A stretch of DNA of 64,000 nt from an uncultured bacterium. Its GTDB lineage: Bacteria; Bacteroidota; Rhodothermia; Balneolales; DATFMH01. The position numbers were made by a program, and so were the translations under genes. The notes under the pieces were generated by a model. The model saw nothing but the letters and a program-made list of their open reading frames with translations. It was not told where the DNA came from and made no database searches. Where the stretch lies: positions 520,728-584,727 of the forward strand of contig CAWANF010000001.1 in the NCBI GenBank assembly GCA_963783355.1, written 5' to 3'. Positions 30,477 through 40,907 of the stretch are shown in pieces (position 1 is the stretch's first letter; each line of letters begins with the position of its first letter).

Positions 30477-32936
30477 TTAATTTGTCGGTCTTAAAATCAT
30501 TGTTTTATGTGGTTCGGACTGTGTTAATGTAGTGTCCTGCGATAGTTTGCGATAATTTCCCTTTAACCACAAATTAATTTGATCGTCGTAGTGTTTGGAT
30601 AACGGATTTCCCGATTCTCCGGTCGGTAAAACGGAATAGGTATAATTCAGATTTGAAAAATCCACGATACGGCGAATGGATGGCCCTAAAATCATATTAT
30701 AAGGATTTCGCCAGCTGTATTGTCCGTTGTTGACGGTAAGTCCGTCTCCTTTCACAGGATACGGGCCCCGGCTGAGGATATTCTTGACGATCAATTTTAA
30801 AGCATCACTCGCTTTCGGCGCGGCCGCAGCTTCAGCTAATAAAGGTGGGTTGAACGTGATAGCATGAAGATTTTCCCATTGCCATTTATAAGATTCGGTA
30901 CCCAGCGAATCTGTTAAAAACTGAACGGCCTGTTTCATGCTTTCAATGACAATGTCTTTTTTTGTCTCCACTTTTTCGGTATGAATATTGTCAAAAAGGC
31001 TTGACTGTGGGGTATTCAGCAACCGGTCCATAACGCGAACAGGCAGATTTTCGAGCCGGGTGAAATCGTTGTAAACATCTTTCCCCATCTCGTCCTGCAA
31101 GGTATTGCGTGAAAAACGAAGGTAGAACGCGTCGAAAATGGATGCAGCCGTTTCACTGGGATTATACTTGTAATCCCAGTTCTTTAAATAAGTTATCGCT
31201 TTTGCTATCTGAGTGTCTGTAGAATCCGTTTCCAGGATAGGCAGAATTTCTTTCGTATCCTGCCTGGCATGAACCGAATAGCTGCTGTTCTGAAGAGCCA
31301 TGAAATCCTGTACTGTCACTTTTGAAGTATCTTCCAGATGGGCGGTAATGTTTTCAATGCGCGAGGGCGGTTCCCAGAAGGAAGAGATGTAATACGGATA
31401 ATTATTCGTTACCAGTTTATTGTTAGCATTGGCAATCCAGCCCGATTTAGGATTGATGACGTGCGGCAGCTTTTTGAAAGGTATGAATCCTTTCCAGTTA
31501 TAGCTCGGATCCCAGCCTTTTCGGAAAAGAATAGGATTGTAGTTTCGGATGGGTATTTTAGCGACAGAAAACATGGCGATATTCCCGGTTCGGTCGGCAT
31601 ACATGAAATTTTGCCCGGGCACGCCGAAGGTTTTGAGAGCTGCCTGAAATTGTTCGAAGGATTGCGCCCAGTCTATTTTCATGAACGTTCCGGTCTCATC
31701 ACTGATATCGTAACCGGTCCAGTCCATGGCAATAACTTTATTTCCGAGGATTTTCTTGTCCGGATAGATATCGGAAATTACCGGCCCGTGGTCGGTAAAA
31801 CGGGTCTGCATGATGACATCGTTGCCGTCTTTTACCTTGATAAGTTCGCGTTTAATCCTGAATGGCTTGTAAATGACGCTGTCTTTGGGCGTCTTTAAAG
31901 AATCGGCGACATATCGCCCGCGATCATTTGGATCTGTCTGCTCGACAAAGAAATCAGTATCGTCAGCCATGATATTGGTTAGCGACCATGCCAGGAAATT
32001 GTTCTGTCCTAATATGACAAAAGGTGTTCCCGGATGAGTGGCGCCGGAAACATGCCTGCCGTTCAGGTTCAAAACCACTTCGTACCAGTCGCCGGGTATT
32101 TTTAATCCGAGATGTGGATCTCCGGCCAGCATTGGAAATCCCGATTTGGTCCGGCTTCCGTCGACAACCCATGCGTTGCTTCCGACATGGGTACCATCCA
32201 TATTCAAAAGATGGCGCAGTTCGAAATCCTGCTTAACCATCGGCATAAGACTCGCAGAAATCAGGTGTGTTTCTTTTCTGTTGAGGCTTGTCGGAGCCGT
32301 GTCGGGATAAGTCGGATAAATTTGTGCCATTTGTGTGGAATCTAACTTACCTGCAAGATAATTATAGGTGGCTTTACTCCACCAGCACACGTTCAGCTGC
32401 CAGCCCAGCATGCGTTCAAATGCGATAGAATTTTCGACTGTCCAGGGGATTGGTTTCATCCCTGTAAGGGAAAATTCGATGGGTAATTTATTGCTATTGT
32501 CTCTCACATAAGCATTGACGCCATCCGCATAATCCTGCAAAACAGAGATTTCACTGTCGGGCATGGCGGCTTTTAGCTTTTTGGCCATACGCCAGAAACC
32601 CAACGTTCGCTCAAACTTGTCATAGGGCACCATTTTTTTACCGAAAAATTCTGCAAAACGGCCTTCTTCGGCAAGCTGGATTAACGTCATCTGCCAAAGC
32701 CGATCCTGTGCATGTACATATCCAACAGCAAAATAAAGATCATGTTTATTGTCTGCCGTGATGTGTGGAACACCGTATTGATCCCATTTTATGCTGACCG
32801 GTTTGTTGAGTCCCGGAACGTCGATTTTAGCCGAATAATTGGGTAATGGCTTATAAAAGGTCCAGTAAACAGCGATCCCTATAACGCCGACAAGAATGAT
32901 GAGTAGGAAGGTGAGAATTTTTAAAAATGATTTCAT
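30477..32936 (-). CDS. Penicillin acylase-family Ntn-hydrolase (penicillin amidase / acyl-homoserine-lactone acylase-like)
   Basis: 819 aa with an N-terminal TM anchor. The autoprocessing nucleophile context is DGTHVGSNAWVVDGSRTKSG. YVHAQDRLWQM is typical of the alpha-subunit. Confidence 0.85.
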   Translation of the reverse strand: MKSFLKILTFLLIILVGVIGIAVYWTFYKPLPNYSAKIDVPGLNKPVSIKWDQYGVPHITADNKHDLYFAVGYVHAQDRLWQMTLIQLAEEGRFAEFFGKKMVPYDKFERTLGFWRMAKKLKAAMPDSEISVLQDYADGVNAYVRDNSNKLPIEFSLTGMKPIPWTVENSIAFERMLGWQLNVCWWSKATYNYLAGKLDSTQMAQIYPTYPDTAPTSLNRKETHLISASLMPMVKQDFELRHLLNMDGTHVGSNAWVVDGSRTKSGFPMLAGDPHLGLKIPGDWYEVVLNLNGRHVSGATHPGTPFVILGQNNFLAWSLTNIMADDTDFFVEQTDPNDRGRYVADSLKTPKDSVIYKPFRIKRELIKVKDGNDVIMQTRFTDHGPVISDIYPDKKILGNKVIAMDWTGYDISDETGTFMKIDWAQSFEQFQAALKTFGVPGQNFMYADRTGNIAMFSVAKIPIRNYNPILFRKGWDPSYNWKGFIPFKKLPHVINPKSGWIANANNKLVTNNYPYYISSFWEPPSRIENITAHLEDTSKVTVQDFMALQNSSYSVHARQDTKEILPILETDSTDTQIAKAITYLKNWDYKYNPSETAASIFDAFYLRFSRNTLQDEMGKDVYNDFTRLENLPVRVMDRLLNTPQSSLFDNIHTEKVETKKDIVIESMKQAVQFLTDSLGTESYKWQWENLHAITFNPPLLAEAAAAPKASDALKLIVKNILSRGPYPVKGDGLTVNNGQYSWRNPYNMILGPSIRRIVDFSNLNYTYSVLPTGESGNPLSKHYDDQINLWLKGNYRKLSQDTTLTQSEPHKTMILRPTN

Positions 32937-33047
32937 ACCTGCGTATGGTAAAAATTGACATTATATTTGAGAGATTATCAATAAATTAACTACCTGATAG
33001 GTAAACAATAAAAACGTTAAAAAGAATATTAAAAAGTTTAAATCAAG

Positions 33048-34289
33048 TTGCTTAACAATAAGATACCTTTTACCACAGACCTCATTACGGATATTGTCGA
33101 CAGATTTGATACTCCTGCTTACATTTATGATGAATCAACGATACGGAACAAATGTCGTGATCTGAAAAAAGTTTTCGAAGATTTGCCGGTCAAATGGCTT
33201 TATGCCATCAAAGCGAATGATAATCCGTTTATTTTGGATGTCATTGCTGCCGAAGGATTTGGTTTTGATACGGTCAGCTTTGAAGAAGTATTATTGAGTC
33301 TCCACTTTCAGGATAATCCTAAAGATATTTTCTACACAGAAAATAATATGACGGATCGTGAAATGGAAGAGGCTATTCAATCCGGCGTTTCCGTTAACAT
33401 AGGCTCATTTTCCCGCCTGGAATCGTACTTCCGGCACGAAAAAACAGAAAAATGTTCGATCAGAATCAAACCGGATATCGGAGACGGACACCATGAAAGG
33501 GTTGATACCGGGAATATCGACAGTAAATTCGGTATCCGTATGGATATCATACCCGAATGTCTGGAGCTCGCCAAAAAATACGGGAAGAAAATCACCGGGC
33601 TGCACATGCACATTGGAAGTGGCATAAAAAATGCCGGTAACCTCGCGGAAGCCATGTCCCGGTTGTTGAAACTTTCTGAGCAATTTCCAGATCTCGAAAT
33701 GATTAATTTTGGCGGGGGAATACCGGTCCCTTATCGTGAAGATGAAGAAGATTTCTCCCTGGATGATCTGCATAAGATTGCTTACCCCATCCTGAAAGAA
33801 GATTATGAAAAACGATCAGGAAATATCACCTACCGTTTTGAACCGGGACGTTTTGTGGTGGCCCAAAGCGGCGGACTTCTGACCCGTGTCATTTCAGTCA
33901 AGGACCAGGGCCGAAAGACCTATCTTGGAACAGATACGGGATTTAATCACCTGGCACGGCCCATGATTTATGACGCATATCACCGTGTTTATAATATCAA
34001 CAGAATGGATAAGCCTGCGACAAAAACTTATGAAATAAGCGGGAATATTTGTGAAAGCGGGGATATCCTGGCCGAGAATCGATCCCTGCCCGAAACGCAG
34101 GAAGGAGACATCCTGATTTTTGCCGATGCCGGGGCTTATGGAATGACGATGGCTTCCGAATATAACCGCCGGGCCTATCCGGCTGAAGTCTTAGTGACAG
34201 AATCCAAAGAATTAAAATTAATAAGGCCAAGAAAATCCGCCGAAGAAACAATCAGCGACTTTTTCAGGGATACAGGTTTTCAATCTTAG
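33048..34289 (+). CDS. lysA: Diaminopimelate decarboxylase
   Basis: 413 aa with a TTG start. It has the PLP-Lys motif YAIKANDNPFIL plus HMHIGSGI and CESGDIL, typical of group IV decarboxylases. Confidence 0.85.
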   Translation: MLNNKIPFTTDLITDIVDRFDTPAYIYDESTIRNKCRDLKKVFEDLPVKWLYAIKANDNPFILDVIAAEGFGFDTVSFEEVLLSLHFQDNPKDIFYTENNMTDREMEEAIQSGVSVNIGSFSRLESYFRHEKTEKCSIRIKPDIGDGHHERVDTGNIDSKFGIRMDIIPECLELAKKYGKKITGLHMHIGSGIKNAGNLAEAMSRLLKLSEQFPDLEMINFGGGIPVPYREDEEDFSLDDLHKIAYPILKEDYEKRSGNITYRFEPGRFVVAQSGGLLTRVISVKDQGRKTYLGTDTGFNHLARPMIYDAYHRVYNINRMDKPATKTYEISGNICESGDILAENRSLPETQEGDILIFADAGAYGMTMASEYNRRAYPAEVLVTESKELKLIRPRKSAEETISDFFRDTGFQS

Positions 34290-34331
34290 ATTGAAAATGG
34301 TCAATTTATTAGCTACTCTCTTATCGTGATG

Positions 34332-34366
34332 AAAGCGATTGATAAGTTATGGAAAATCGCTTTTTT
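34332..34366 (+). terminator. Rho-independent terminator after lysA
   Basis: A 9-bp stem, aaagcgatt / aatcgcttt, with a 14-nt loop, running into T6. Confidence 0.6.
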
Positions 34367-34526
34367 GGTATGATATTTATTGCGTAAATACAGGTTTTGT
34401 CTACGTAAGGATGGAACCGGAAACGTGGGGCCTGTCTTGCTTAGGATATTCCGAGTGATTGGGACAAGGCTTGAATTAAACGTGTATATAATTGAAATTA
34501 AACAATCTATTATCAGGAAAACCATT

Positions 34527-35378
34527 ATGAGCGTAAATAAAGTAGCCGTTGTTGGTGGCGGGACCATGGGAAATGGAATTGTTCACGTCTTTGCGATGAA
34601 CGGATTTCCCGTCACACTCGTCGAAGTGAAACAAGAGTATGCGGATCGGGCGCTGGCAACCATCGATAAAAACCTTTCACGGATGGTGGCGAAAGAAAAA
34701 ATTACAGAAGAAAATAAGCAACAGACCTTATCCAATATTAGTGTTAGTCTCAACATGGCGGATGCCGTTAAAGATGCCGATTTGGTGGTCGAAGCCGTGA
34801 ATGAGAATTTTGAACTGAAATCAAAAATATTCAAAACATTGGATGAGAACGCTCCCGACACAGCGATTTTGGCATCCAACACTTCATCCATCTCAATCAC
34901 GAAACTGGCGGCTCAGACGGGACGGGCAAAGCAGGTTATCGGCATGCATTTCTTTAACCCGGTTCCGGTCATGAAATTAGTGGAAGTGGTACGCGGACTG
35001 GAAACGTCCGATGAAGTTTACAATGTGGTTGAAGAAACAGCTAAAAAACTGGGCAAAATGCCGGTTTCTGTGAACGATTATCCCGGTTTCGTTTCAAACC
35101 GCGTGCTGATGCCGATGATCAATGAGGCGGTTTATTGCGTGTTCGAGAACGTTGCAACCCCTGAAAACGTTGATTCCGTCATGAAACTTGGAATGGCTCA
35201 TCCGATGGGACCGTTACGGTTAGCTGATTTCATCGGTTTGGACGTCTGCCTGGATATTTTAAATGTTTTATACGAAGGATTTAAGGATCCTAAATACCGG
35301 CCTTGTCCGTTGCTGGTCAAGATGGTCGATGCCGGCAAACTGGGCGACAAAACCGGCGAAGGATTCTATAAATATTAA
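34527..35378 (+). CDS. hbd: 3-hydroxybutyryl-CoA / 3-hydroxyacyl-CoA dehydrogenase
   Basis: The Rossmann start MSVNKVAVVGGGTMGNGI, HFFNPVPVMKLVEV and a C-terminal ...GDKTGEGFYKY match the family. I chose the ATG at 34527. The 49-codon extension in the track ORF (from 34380) looks non-coding. Confidence 0.88.
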   Translation: MSVNKVAVVGGGTMGNGIVHVFAMNGFPVTLVEVKQEYADRALATIDKNLSRMVAKEKITEENKQQTLSNISVSLNMADAVKDADLVVEAVNENFELKSKIFKTLDENAPDTAILASNTSSISITKLAAQTGRAKQVIGMHFFNPVPVMKLVEVVRGLETSDEVYNVVEETAKKLGKMPVSVNDYPGFVSNRVLMPMINEAVYCVFENVATPENVDSVMKLGMAHPMGPLRLADFIGLDVCLDILNVLYEGFKDPKYRPCPLLVKMVDAGKLGDKTGEGFYKY

Positions 35379-35413
35379 TCTCACGACTCAAATCTCACGA
35401 CTCAATACTAACT

Positions 35414-36433
35414 ATGATAGATCTACGAAGTGATACGGTTACCAAACCCACAGACGAAATGCGAAAAGTTATGGCGGAAGCCGTTGTGGGGGACGATGTT
35501 TTTGGAGAAGATGAAACGACCAATAATTTCCAGCAAAAGATTGCCGGAATGTTTGGAATGGAGGCCGGTTTGTTCGTGCCGAGCGGCACCATGAGCAATC
35601 AGCTTGCCGTAAATGTATTGACTGAGCCCGGGGATGAAGTTATCATCGATGAAACCGGGCATATTTTTAATTACGAAGCAACAGCAGCATCCTTGCTTTC
35701 ATCAGTCCAGTTGCACCCGGTTTCCGGAAAAAATGGTGTTTTAACACCCGAAATTATTGAACCGGCTATTCGTCCGAAACACGATTGGGACCCGTACACA
35801 CGGGTTATTGAGCTGGAGAATACTACGAATAAAGGCGGAGGAGTCTGTTATACCCGTGAGAATCTGAAAGCAATCCGAAAACTTGCCGATGATCACGGGT
35901 TATTTATTCACCTTGATGGTGCAAGAATCTGGAATGCGTCTGCGGCCTCTGGTATTGAACTTAGCTTTTTTGGCACCATCGCCGATACCATGTCGGTCTG
36001 TTTCAGCAAGGGATTGGGCGCACCAGTCGGATCTATGTTATTGAGTACCAAAGCACACATCGATAAAGCGCGCCGCATGCGCAAAATGATGGGAGGCGGA
36101 ATGAGACAAATCGGTATCCTGACCGCCGCCGCCGATTATGCCGTGGAACATCATTTCCCGTTATTGAAGCTGGATCACGAGCGTGCCAGGAGATTTGCAG
36201 AGGCTGTAGCTACCTGTTCACAACTCGAAATCGATCTCGGACGTGCGGAAACCAACATCATCATTTTCGATGTAAAAAACGAGTCTGCGGCGTCAGCATT
36301 AAAAAAACTCGCTGCTGAGAATATTTTTATGTCAGAATTTGGACCGAAAACGATTCGGGCTACGTTTCATTTACAAACAGGCGACAACGATTTGGATGTC
36401 GTCATCGATTCAATGAAGAAAATATTTGGATAA
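35414..36433 (+). CDS. ltaE: Low-specificity L-threonine aldolase
   Basis: 339 aa. IDLRSDTVTKPT...VGDDVFGEDETTN is the classical threonine aldolase N-terminus, and the PLP Lys sits in the context CFSKGLGAPVGS. Confidence 0.88.
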   Translation: MIDLRSDTVTKPTDEMRKVMAEAVVGDDVFGEDETTNNFQQKIAGMFGMEAGLFVPSGTMSNQLAVNVLTEPGDEVIIDETGHIFNYEATAASLLSSVQLHPVSGKNGVLTPEIIEPAIRPKHDWDPYTRVIELENTTNKGGGVCYTRENLKAIRKLADDHGLFIHLDGARIWNASAASGIELSFFGTIADTMSVCFSKGLGAPVGSMLLSTKAHIDKARRMRKMMGGGMRQIGILTAAADYAVEHHFPLLKLDHERARRFAEAVATCSQLEIDLGRAETNIIIFDVKNESAASALKKLAAENIFMSEFGPKTIRATFHLQTGDNDLDVVIDSMKKIFG

Positions 36434-36450
36434 AAAAAGGAGTTTTGAAT

Positions 36451-37329
36451 ATGAAGATAGGATTTATTGGTCTGGGAAGCATGGGTTTACCAATGGCAAA
36501 TAATTTACATGAAGCTAAACAGGATATTATTGTTTATAACCGGACAAAATCCAAATCAAAAGAGTTGGAAGATAAAGGAGTTACAGTTGCCGGATCGGCA
36601 CGCGAAGTTGCGGAACAAAGTGATATTTTGATAACTATGTTGTCGGATGATAACGCGCTGCTTTCTGTGATGTATGATGATGAAGTGCTTGATGCAATGA
36701 AAGACGGTACCCTGCACATTTCAATGAGTACCATCAGTGCCGAACTTTCTCGTGAATTTACGGAAGTTCATGAAGAAGAAAACCTGAATTTCGTCTCGGC
36801 GCCGGTATTCGGACGACCTGATATGGCGACGGCCGGTAAACTGTGGATCGTGGCTGCCGGTGACGAGGAATCCATTGCAAAATCAAAACCGTTATTTGAA
36901 ATTTTGGGCAGGAATCATACCATCATCGGTGATGAGCCTTTCATGGCCAATATTGTTAAAATTTCAGGCAATTTTATGATAGCATCGATGCTGGAAGCAT
37001 TGGGAGAATCGTTCACATTGATCAGGAAATCGGGCCTTGATGCCGGACAGTTTCTGGAAGTCATCGATAATGCTCTTTTTCAATCAGCCATTTATCGCAA
37101 TTATGGTTCCATGATGGTTAATGAATCGTATACACCGGCCGGATTCAAGCTAAAACATGGATTGAAGGATGTTCGCCTGGCTTTGGAAGCCGCTGATGAA
37201 GCCGAAGTGCCGATGCCTCTGGCAAGCCTGATGAAAGATCATTATGTATCAGGTGTGGCCAAGGGATGGAGCGAATACGACTGGTCCGCTTTAGGAAAAA
37301 TTAATTCTGATGCCTCCGGCCTGGAATAA
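36451..37329 (+). CDS. NAD(P)-dependent oxidoreductase, 3-hydroxyisobutyrate/6-phosphogluconate dehydrogenase-like family
   Basis: MKIGFIGLGSMGLPMANNL is a Rossmann fold. I prefer the ATG at 36451, with AAGGAG at 36437-36442, over the TTG at 36445. Confidence 0.8.
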   Translation: MKIGFIGLGSMGLPMANNLHEAKQDIIVYNRTKSKSKELEDKGVTVAGSAREVAEQSDILITMLSDDNALLSVMYDDEVLDAMKDGTLHISMSTISAELSREFTEVHEEENLNFVSAPVFGRPDMATAGKLWIVAAGDEESIAKSKPLFEILGRNHTIIGDEPFMANIVKISGNFMIASMLEALGESFTLIRKSGLDAGQFLEVIDNALFQSAIYRNYGSMMVNESYTPAGFKLKHGLKDVRLALEAADEAEVPMPLASLMKDHYVSGVAKGWSEYDWSALGKINSDASGLE

Positions 37330-37357
37330 CCTTTTTTGACATATCAATTTTGTGTTT

Positions 37358-37383
37358 AAAACCCGGCTCAGTAGCTGGGTTTT
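37358..37383 (+). terminator. Rho-independent terminator
   Basis: An 11-bp stem, aaaacccggct / agctgggtttt, with one G-T pair and the loop cagt, followed by a T-rich tail. It starts 29 nt after the stop at 37329. Confidence 0.7.
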
Positions 37384-37643
37384 ACTTTTATTAAGAGCTA
37401 AGAGCTGTGCAGTATGCAGTCCTAAATAGGGTTGACTTCCGTGAAATCCTGCAATCAGTCTAATTCGTGATTCTGATAATCATTGCCACATCTTCCGTCC
37501 TTTAGACTCCGTATCTCATTTTACTGTTATCATTTCATTATGAATGAAAAAATTGAATATGATTCCAAACTATTGAGCCGTTAAATCTGTTCTTGTATCA
37601 GAAAATATTTTGCAATCAACATTAAAAATATTCAGATAACATT

Positions 37644-38684
37644 ATGAAGTATAAAAGTTTAGGAAATACCGGACTCAAAGTATCAGAACTCTGTTTAGGG
37701 ACTATGACTTTCGGCTCCGGCTTTCACAACATCGGCCAGGTTGACCAAAAACTGGCCAATGAAATTGTTCAAAAAGCGATGGATGCCGGGATTAATTTCT
37801 TTGATACAGCCAATGTTTATTCCCGGGGAGAATCAGAGCGTATTTTGGGACAATCATTGAAAACATTAAACATCAGGCGCGATTCCGTTATTGTGGCAAC
37901 CAAGGTACGTGGCGCAATGAGTGATGAAGCCGCCCAGGGAACCGGAGATCCTAATAACACTGGATTGTCACGCCAGCACATTATGGCCTCTTGTGACGCC
38001 AGCCTGCAGCGCCTAGGAACAGATTATATCGATTTATACCAGGTTCATGGCTGGGATGGCACAACACCGGTTGAAGAAACGTTATCGGCTCTGAACGATT
38101 TGGTCCGGCAGGGGAAAGTTCGTTACATCGGTTGCTCTAACTGGGCGGCTCGTCAGATTGCCAAAGCTGTCCAGATTTCCAAAGCGCATGACTGGGCATC
38201 ATTTGTTTCCCTTCAGGCCTATTATTCGGTAGCCGGACGTGACCTGGAACATGAATTGTTACCGCTTTGCCGCGAAGAAGGATTGGGCGTTTTACCATGG
38301 TCCCCATTATCGGGCGGATTTCTGAGCGGAAAATTCCGAAGGAACCAGGAAAATCCTGAAGATTCGCGTCGCTCGGGCTTCGATTTCCCGCCGGTGGATA
38401 AGGAAAAAGGATACGATGCCATCGAAGTGATGGATAAAATTGCGAAGAAGAAAAATTCTTCGGTTGCGCAGATTGCATTAGCCTGGCTGTTGGCTCAAAA
38501 TGGTGTTACATCCGTTATCATCGGTGCAAAAAAGATGTCACAGCTTGAAGATAATTTGAAAAGTGTGGATGTTGAATTAACAGATGAGGAAGTAGCAGAA
38601 ATATCCGCTACCACACAACCGCGGAAATTGTACCCGCAGTGGATGATAGAATTTCAAAACGCGGGGGTTCGTCCTTCAAACTGA
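37644..38684 (+). CDS. Aldo/keto reductase
   Basis: 346 aa. MKYKSLGNTGLKVSELCLGTMTFG, DTANVYSRGESE and IDLYQVH are AKR family motifs. Confidence 0.88.
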   Translation: MKYKSLGNTGLKVSELCLGTMTFGSGFHNIGQVDQKLANEIVQKAMDAGINFFDTANVYSRGESERILGQSLKTLNIRRDSVIVATKVRGAMSDEAAQGTGDPNNTGLSRQHIMASCDASLQRLGTDYIDLYQVHGWDGTTPVEETLSALNDLVRQGKVRYIGCSNWAARQIAKAVQISKAHDWASFVSLQAYYSVAGRDLEHELLPLCREEGLGVLPWSPLSGGFLSGKFRRNQENPEDSRRSGFDFPPVDKEKGYDAIEVMDKIAKKKNSSVAQIALAWLLAQNGVTSVIIGAKKMSQLEDNLKSVDVELTDEEVAEISATTQPRKLYPQWMIEFQNAGVRPSN

Positions 38685-38696
38685 TAAAAGACGAAC

Positions 38697-39725
38697 GTGA
38701 ACAAAATGCCCATGGCCAGACATCATACAAAAAAAGGATTCCGAAATAATCATCCCATTGAACAACGTGGATTTCGCGATATTTTACATTGGATGTGGCA
38801 GCGGAGGGGAATCAAAACAAAACGTATAAACCTTCCAATTGTCCGTGATGAACATGATTTTTTACGGGAAAACCGAACCGTTTCTACCCTCACATGGCTT
38901 GGGCATTCCTGTTTCCTGTTTCAGTATGATGGATTGAATATCCTGACTGACCCTATGCTGGGAGAACGTGCGTCCCCATTTTCCTTAATAGGCCCGAAGC
39001 GGGTAAATCCCCCGGCTATGACGGTTGATGAACTTCCGAATATTGATTGGATCGTTTTGTCGCATGATCATTATGATCATCTTGATCGCGAAACCATCCT
39101 GCAAATTCAATCCAAACAAAAAGAACATCCGCCGAAATATTTTGTTCCATTGGGAGTGAAAAAATGGTTTGAAAACGAAGGTATTCCAAATATCACCGAA
39201 CTGGATTGGTGGGATTCGGTGAATGAGGGACAATGGATTCTTCAGGTGGTTCCGGCTCAGCATTTTAGTGGGCGAAAACCTTTTATTCAAAATGATACGT
39301 TGTGGGCCGGATGGGTACTAAAACATCCGGAATTTTCGTATTATTTTGTCGGTGACACAGGTTATTCTCCAGACTTTGTGAAAATAGGCAACCAATTGGG
39401 GCCCTTTGATCTCGCGACCATTCCAATTGGCGCTTATGAGCCCCGCTGGTTCATGAGCCCGGTACATGTAGATCCAAAAGGCGCTGTGCAGATACATAAA
39501 GATATTCAGGCAAAATTTTCAGTGGCCATGCATTGGGGAACTTTTGTATTAACAGACGAAGACATGGATGAGCCGGTTCGGTTACTGAAAGAAAATTTGA
39601 AAAAGCAGGGGATACCGGAACAGGATTTTATTGCTCTGCAGCCAGGAGAGGTATACCGTCTGCAGGAAAAGTATTCGATTTCTCAAGAAAAGGATGATAG
39701 AAGTAAAAAAGTAGCAGGAACCTGA
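38697..39725 (+). CDS. MBL-fold metallo-hydrolase (NAPE-PLD-like)
   Basis: 342 aa with a GTG start. It has WLGHSCFLF...ILTDP and the metal motif SHDHYDHLD. Confidence 0.8.
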   Translation: MNKMPMARHHTKKGFRNNHPIEQRGFRDILHWMWQRRGIKTKRINLPIVRDEHDFLRENRTVSTLTWLGHSCFLFQYDGLNILTDPMLGERASPFSLIGPKRVNPPAMTVDELPNIDWIVLSHDHYDHLDRETILQIQSKQKEHPPKYFVPLGVKKWFENEGIPNITELDWWDSVNEGQWILQVVPAQHFSGRKPFIQNDTLWAGWVLKHPEFSYYFVGDTGYSPDFVKIGNQLGPFDLATIPIGAYEPRWFMSPVHVDPKGAVQIHKDIQAKFSVAMHWGTFVLTDEDMDEPVRLLKENLKKQGIPEQDFIALQPGEVYRLQEKYSISQEKDDRSKKVAGT

Positions 39726-39738
39726 AACAGATAGATTT

Positions 39739-40728
39739 ATGAAATTATTAGTCAGTGCGAAATTACGAAAAAGCCAGAAGACAGTGATTGAAAAAACGCT
39801 GGATAAAAATGTTGAACTTACTTATTTGCAGGATCTATCAAAAAATAAACGAGGAGATGAAATATCTGGCGCGGATGTATTTCTGAGCCTGATTCCTGAG
39901 AAGGAATTTCAAAAGGCTGAACTTGCATTGCTTCATAAAGGGCAGTTGATGCAATTCATGTTTGCGGGTGTTGACCACGTCGATTTTAATATCTTCCCGG
40001 AAGAAATGACGATGGCCAGCAACATAGGTGCCTATGCAGAACCGATGGCAGAACATGTGCTTGCCATGATTCTTGCCCTGCAGAAACGTTTGTTTGAAGA
40101 GTATCATAACATGAAAAATGGGCAGTTCAACCAAATGGTGATGAATAAATCCCTGAAAAAATCCACCGTGGGAATTCTGGGTTTTGGTGGCATCGGGAAG
40201 GCTTCTGCACGCTTGCTAAGGGGTTTTGGCAGCCGGATTATGGCCATCAATACTTCGGGATATACTGATGATCCGGTCGATTATGCCGGAACCCTGGATA
40301 ACCTGGATTATGTGCTTGAAGAATCGGATGTACTCATCATTTCCTTGCCGTTGAATAAGAATACTTTCGAGCTGTTGGGCAAACAGGAACTTGGGATGAT
40401 GAAAAAAGACGCGATTATTATCAATGTGGCGAGGGGGGAAATCATCAATCAGAAAGCACTTTATGAGCATTTGAAAAAGAATCCCGAATTTAAAGCCGGC
40501 ATCGATGCCTGGTGGGTCGAGCCGTTGCGCCATGGCCGTTTCGAGTTGAATTACCCGTTTTTTGATTTGCCAAATGTCCTGGGTTCACCCCATAATTCGT
40601 ATGCCGCTGAAGGAGCTTTGGAAGAAGGTGTTCAGACAGCAATTGAAAATATTAACCGGTTTGTAAAGGGTGAATCGGTTCAGGGTGTCGTTCGGCGGGA
40701 AGATTACGCCGGAGCTGAATTTAAATAA
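39739..40728 (+). CDS. D-isomer-specific 2-hydroxyacid dehydrogenase family protein
   Basis: 329 aa. NAD-binding motif VGILGFGGIGKASARLL, with INVARGEII and the catalytic His in the context GSPHNS. Confidence 0.85.
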   Translation: MKLLVSAKLRKSQKTVIEKTLDKNVELTYLQDLSKNKRGDEISGADVFLSLIPEKEFQKAELALLHKGQLMQFMFAGVDHVDFNIFPEEMTMASNIGAYAEPMAEHVLAMILALQKRLFEEYHNMKNGQFNQMVMNKSLKKSTVGILGFGGIGKASARLLRGFGSRIMAINTSGYTDDPVDYAGTLDNLDYVLEESDVLIISLPLNKNTFELLGKQELGMMKKDAIIINVARGEIINQKALYEHLKKNPEFKAGIDAWWVEPLRHGRFELNYPFFDLPNVLGSPHNSYAAEGALEEGVQTAIENINRFVKGESVQGVVRREDYAGAEFK

Positions 40729-40853
40729 AAAACCGGAATATGGAGTAAGGAACGGGGAGAACGAAGGATGGAGAACATTAAAATATGGTAGTAGTGTTTA
40801 GAATCGGACGCTGACATATAATTCACATTTTGAGTTCCCTGCTTCATTACAAT

Positions 40854-40882
40854 GTCATCCCGGCCAAAGAGCCGGGATCTCC
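40854..40882. repeat. REP-like palindromic element (GTCATCCCG...CGGGATCTCC family), copy 1
   Basis: gtcatcccggccaaagagccgggatctcc has the stem atcccggc / gccgggat. It lies between convergent genes and shares both arms with the copies at 41945 and 44884. Confidence 0.7.
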
Positions 40883-40907
40883 AATTCGTCGGAAGAGCTT
40901 CAGGTTA

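Noticed and set aside
32962-32969. TATATTTG matches the Bacteroidetes -7 promoter consensus TAnnTTTG upstream of lysA. A similar TATTTTTG lies at 52987-52994 upstream of glgA.
   Set aside because: An 8-mer with four free or AT positions occurs often in AT-rich intergenic DNA. Without a -33 element or transcript data I cannot support these as promoters.
34380-34526. The 49-codon N-terminal extension of the hbd ORF in the track.
   Set aside because: The extension (MRKYRFCLRKDGTGNVG...) is not protein-like and precedes the canonical Rossmann start MSVNKVAVVGGG. It also leaves too little room after the lysA terminator.
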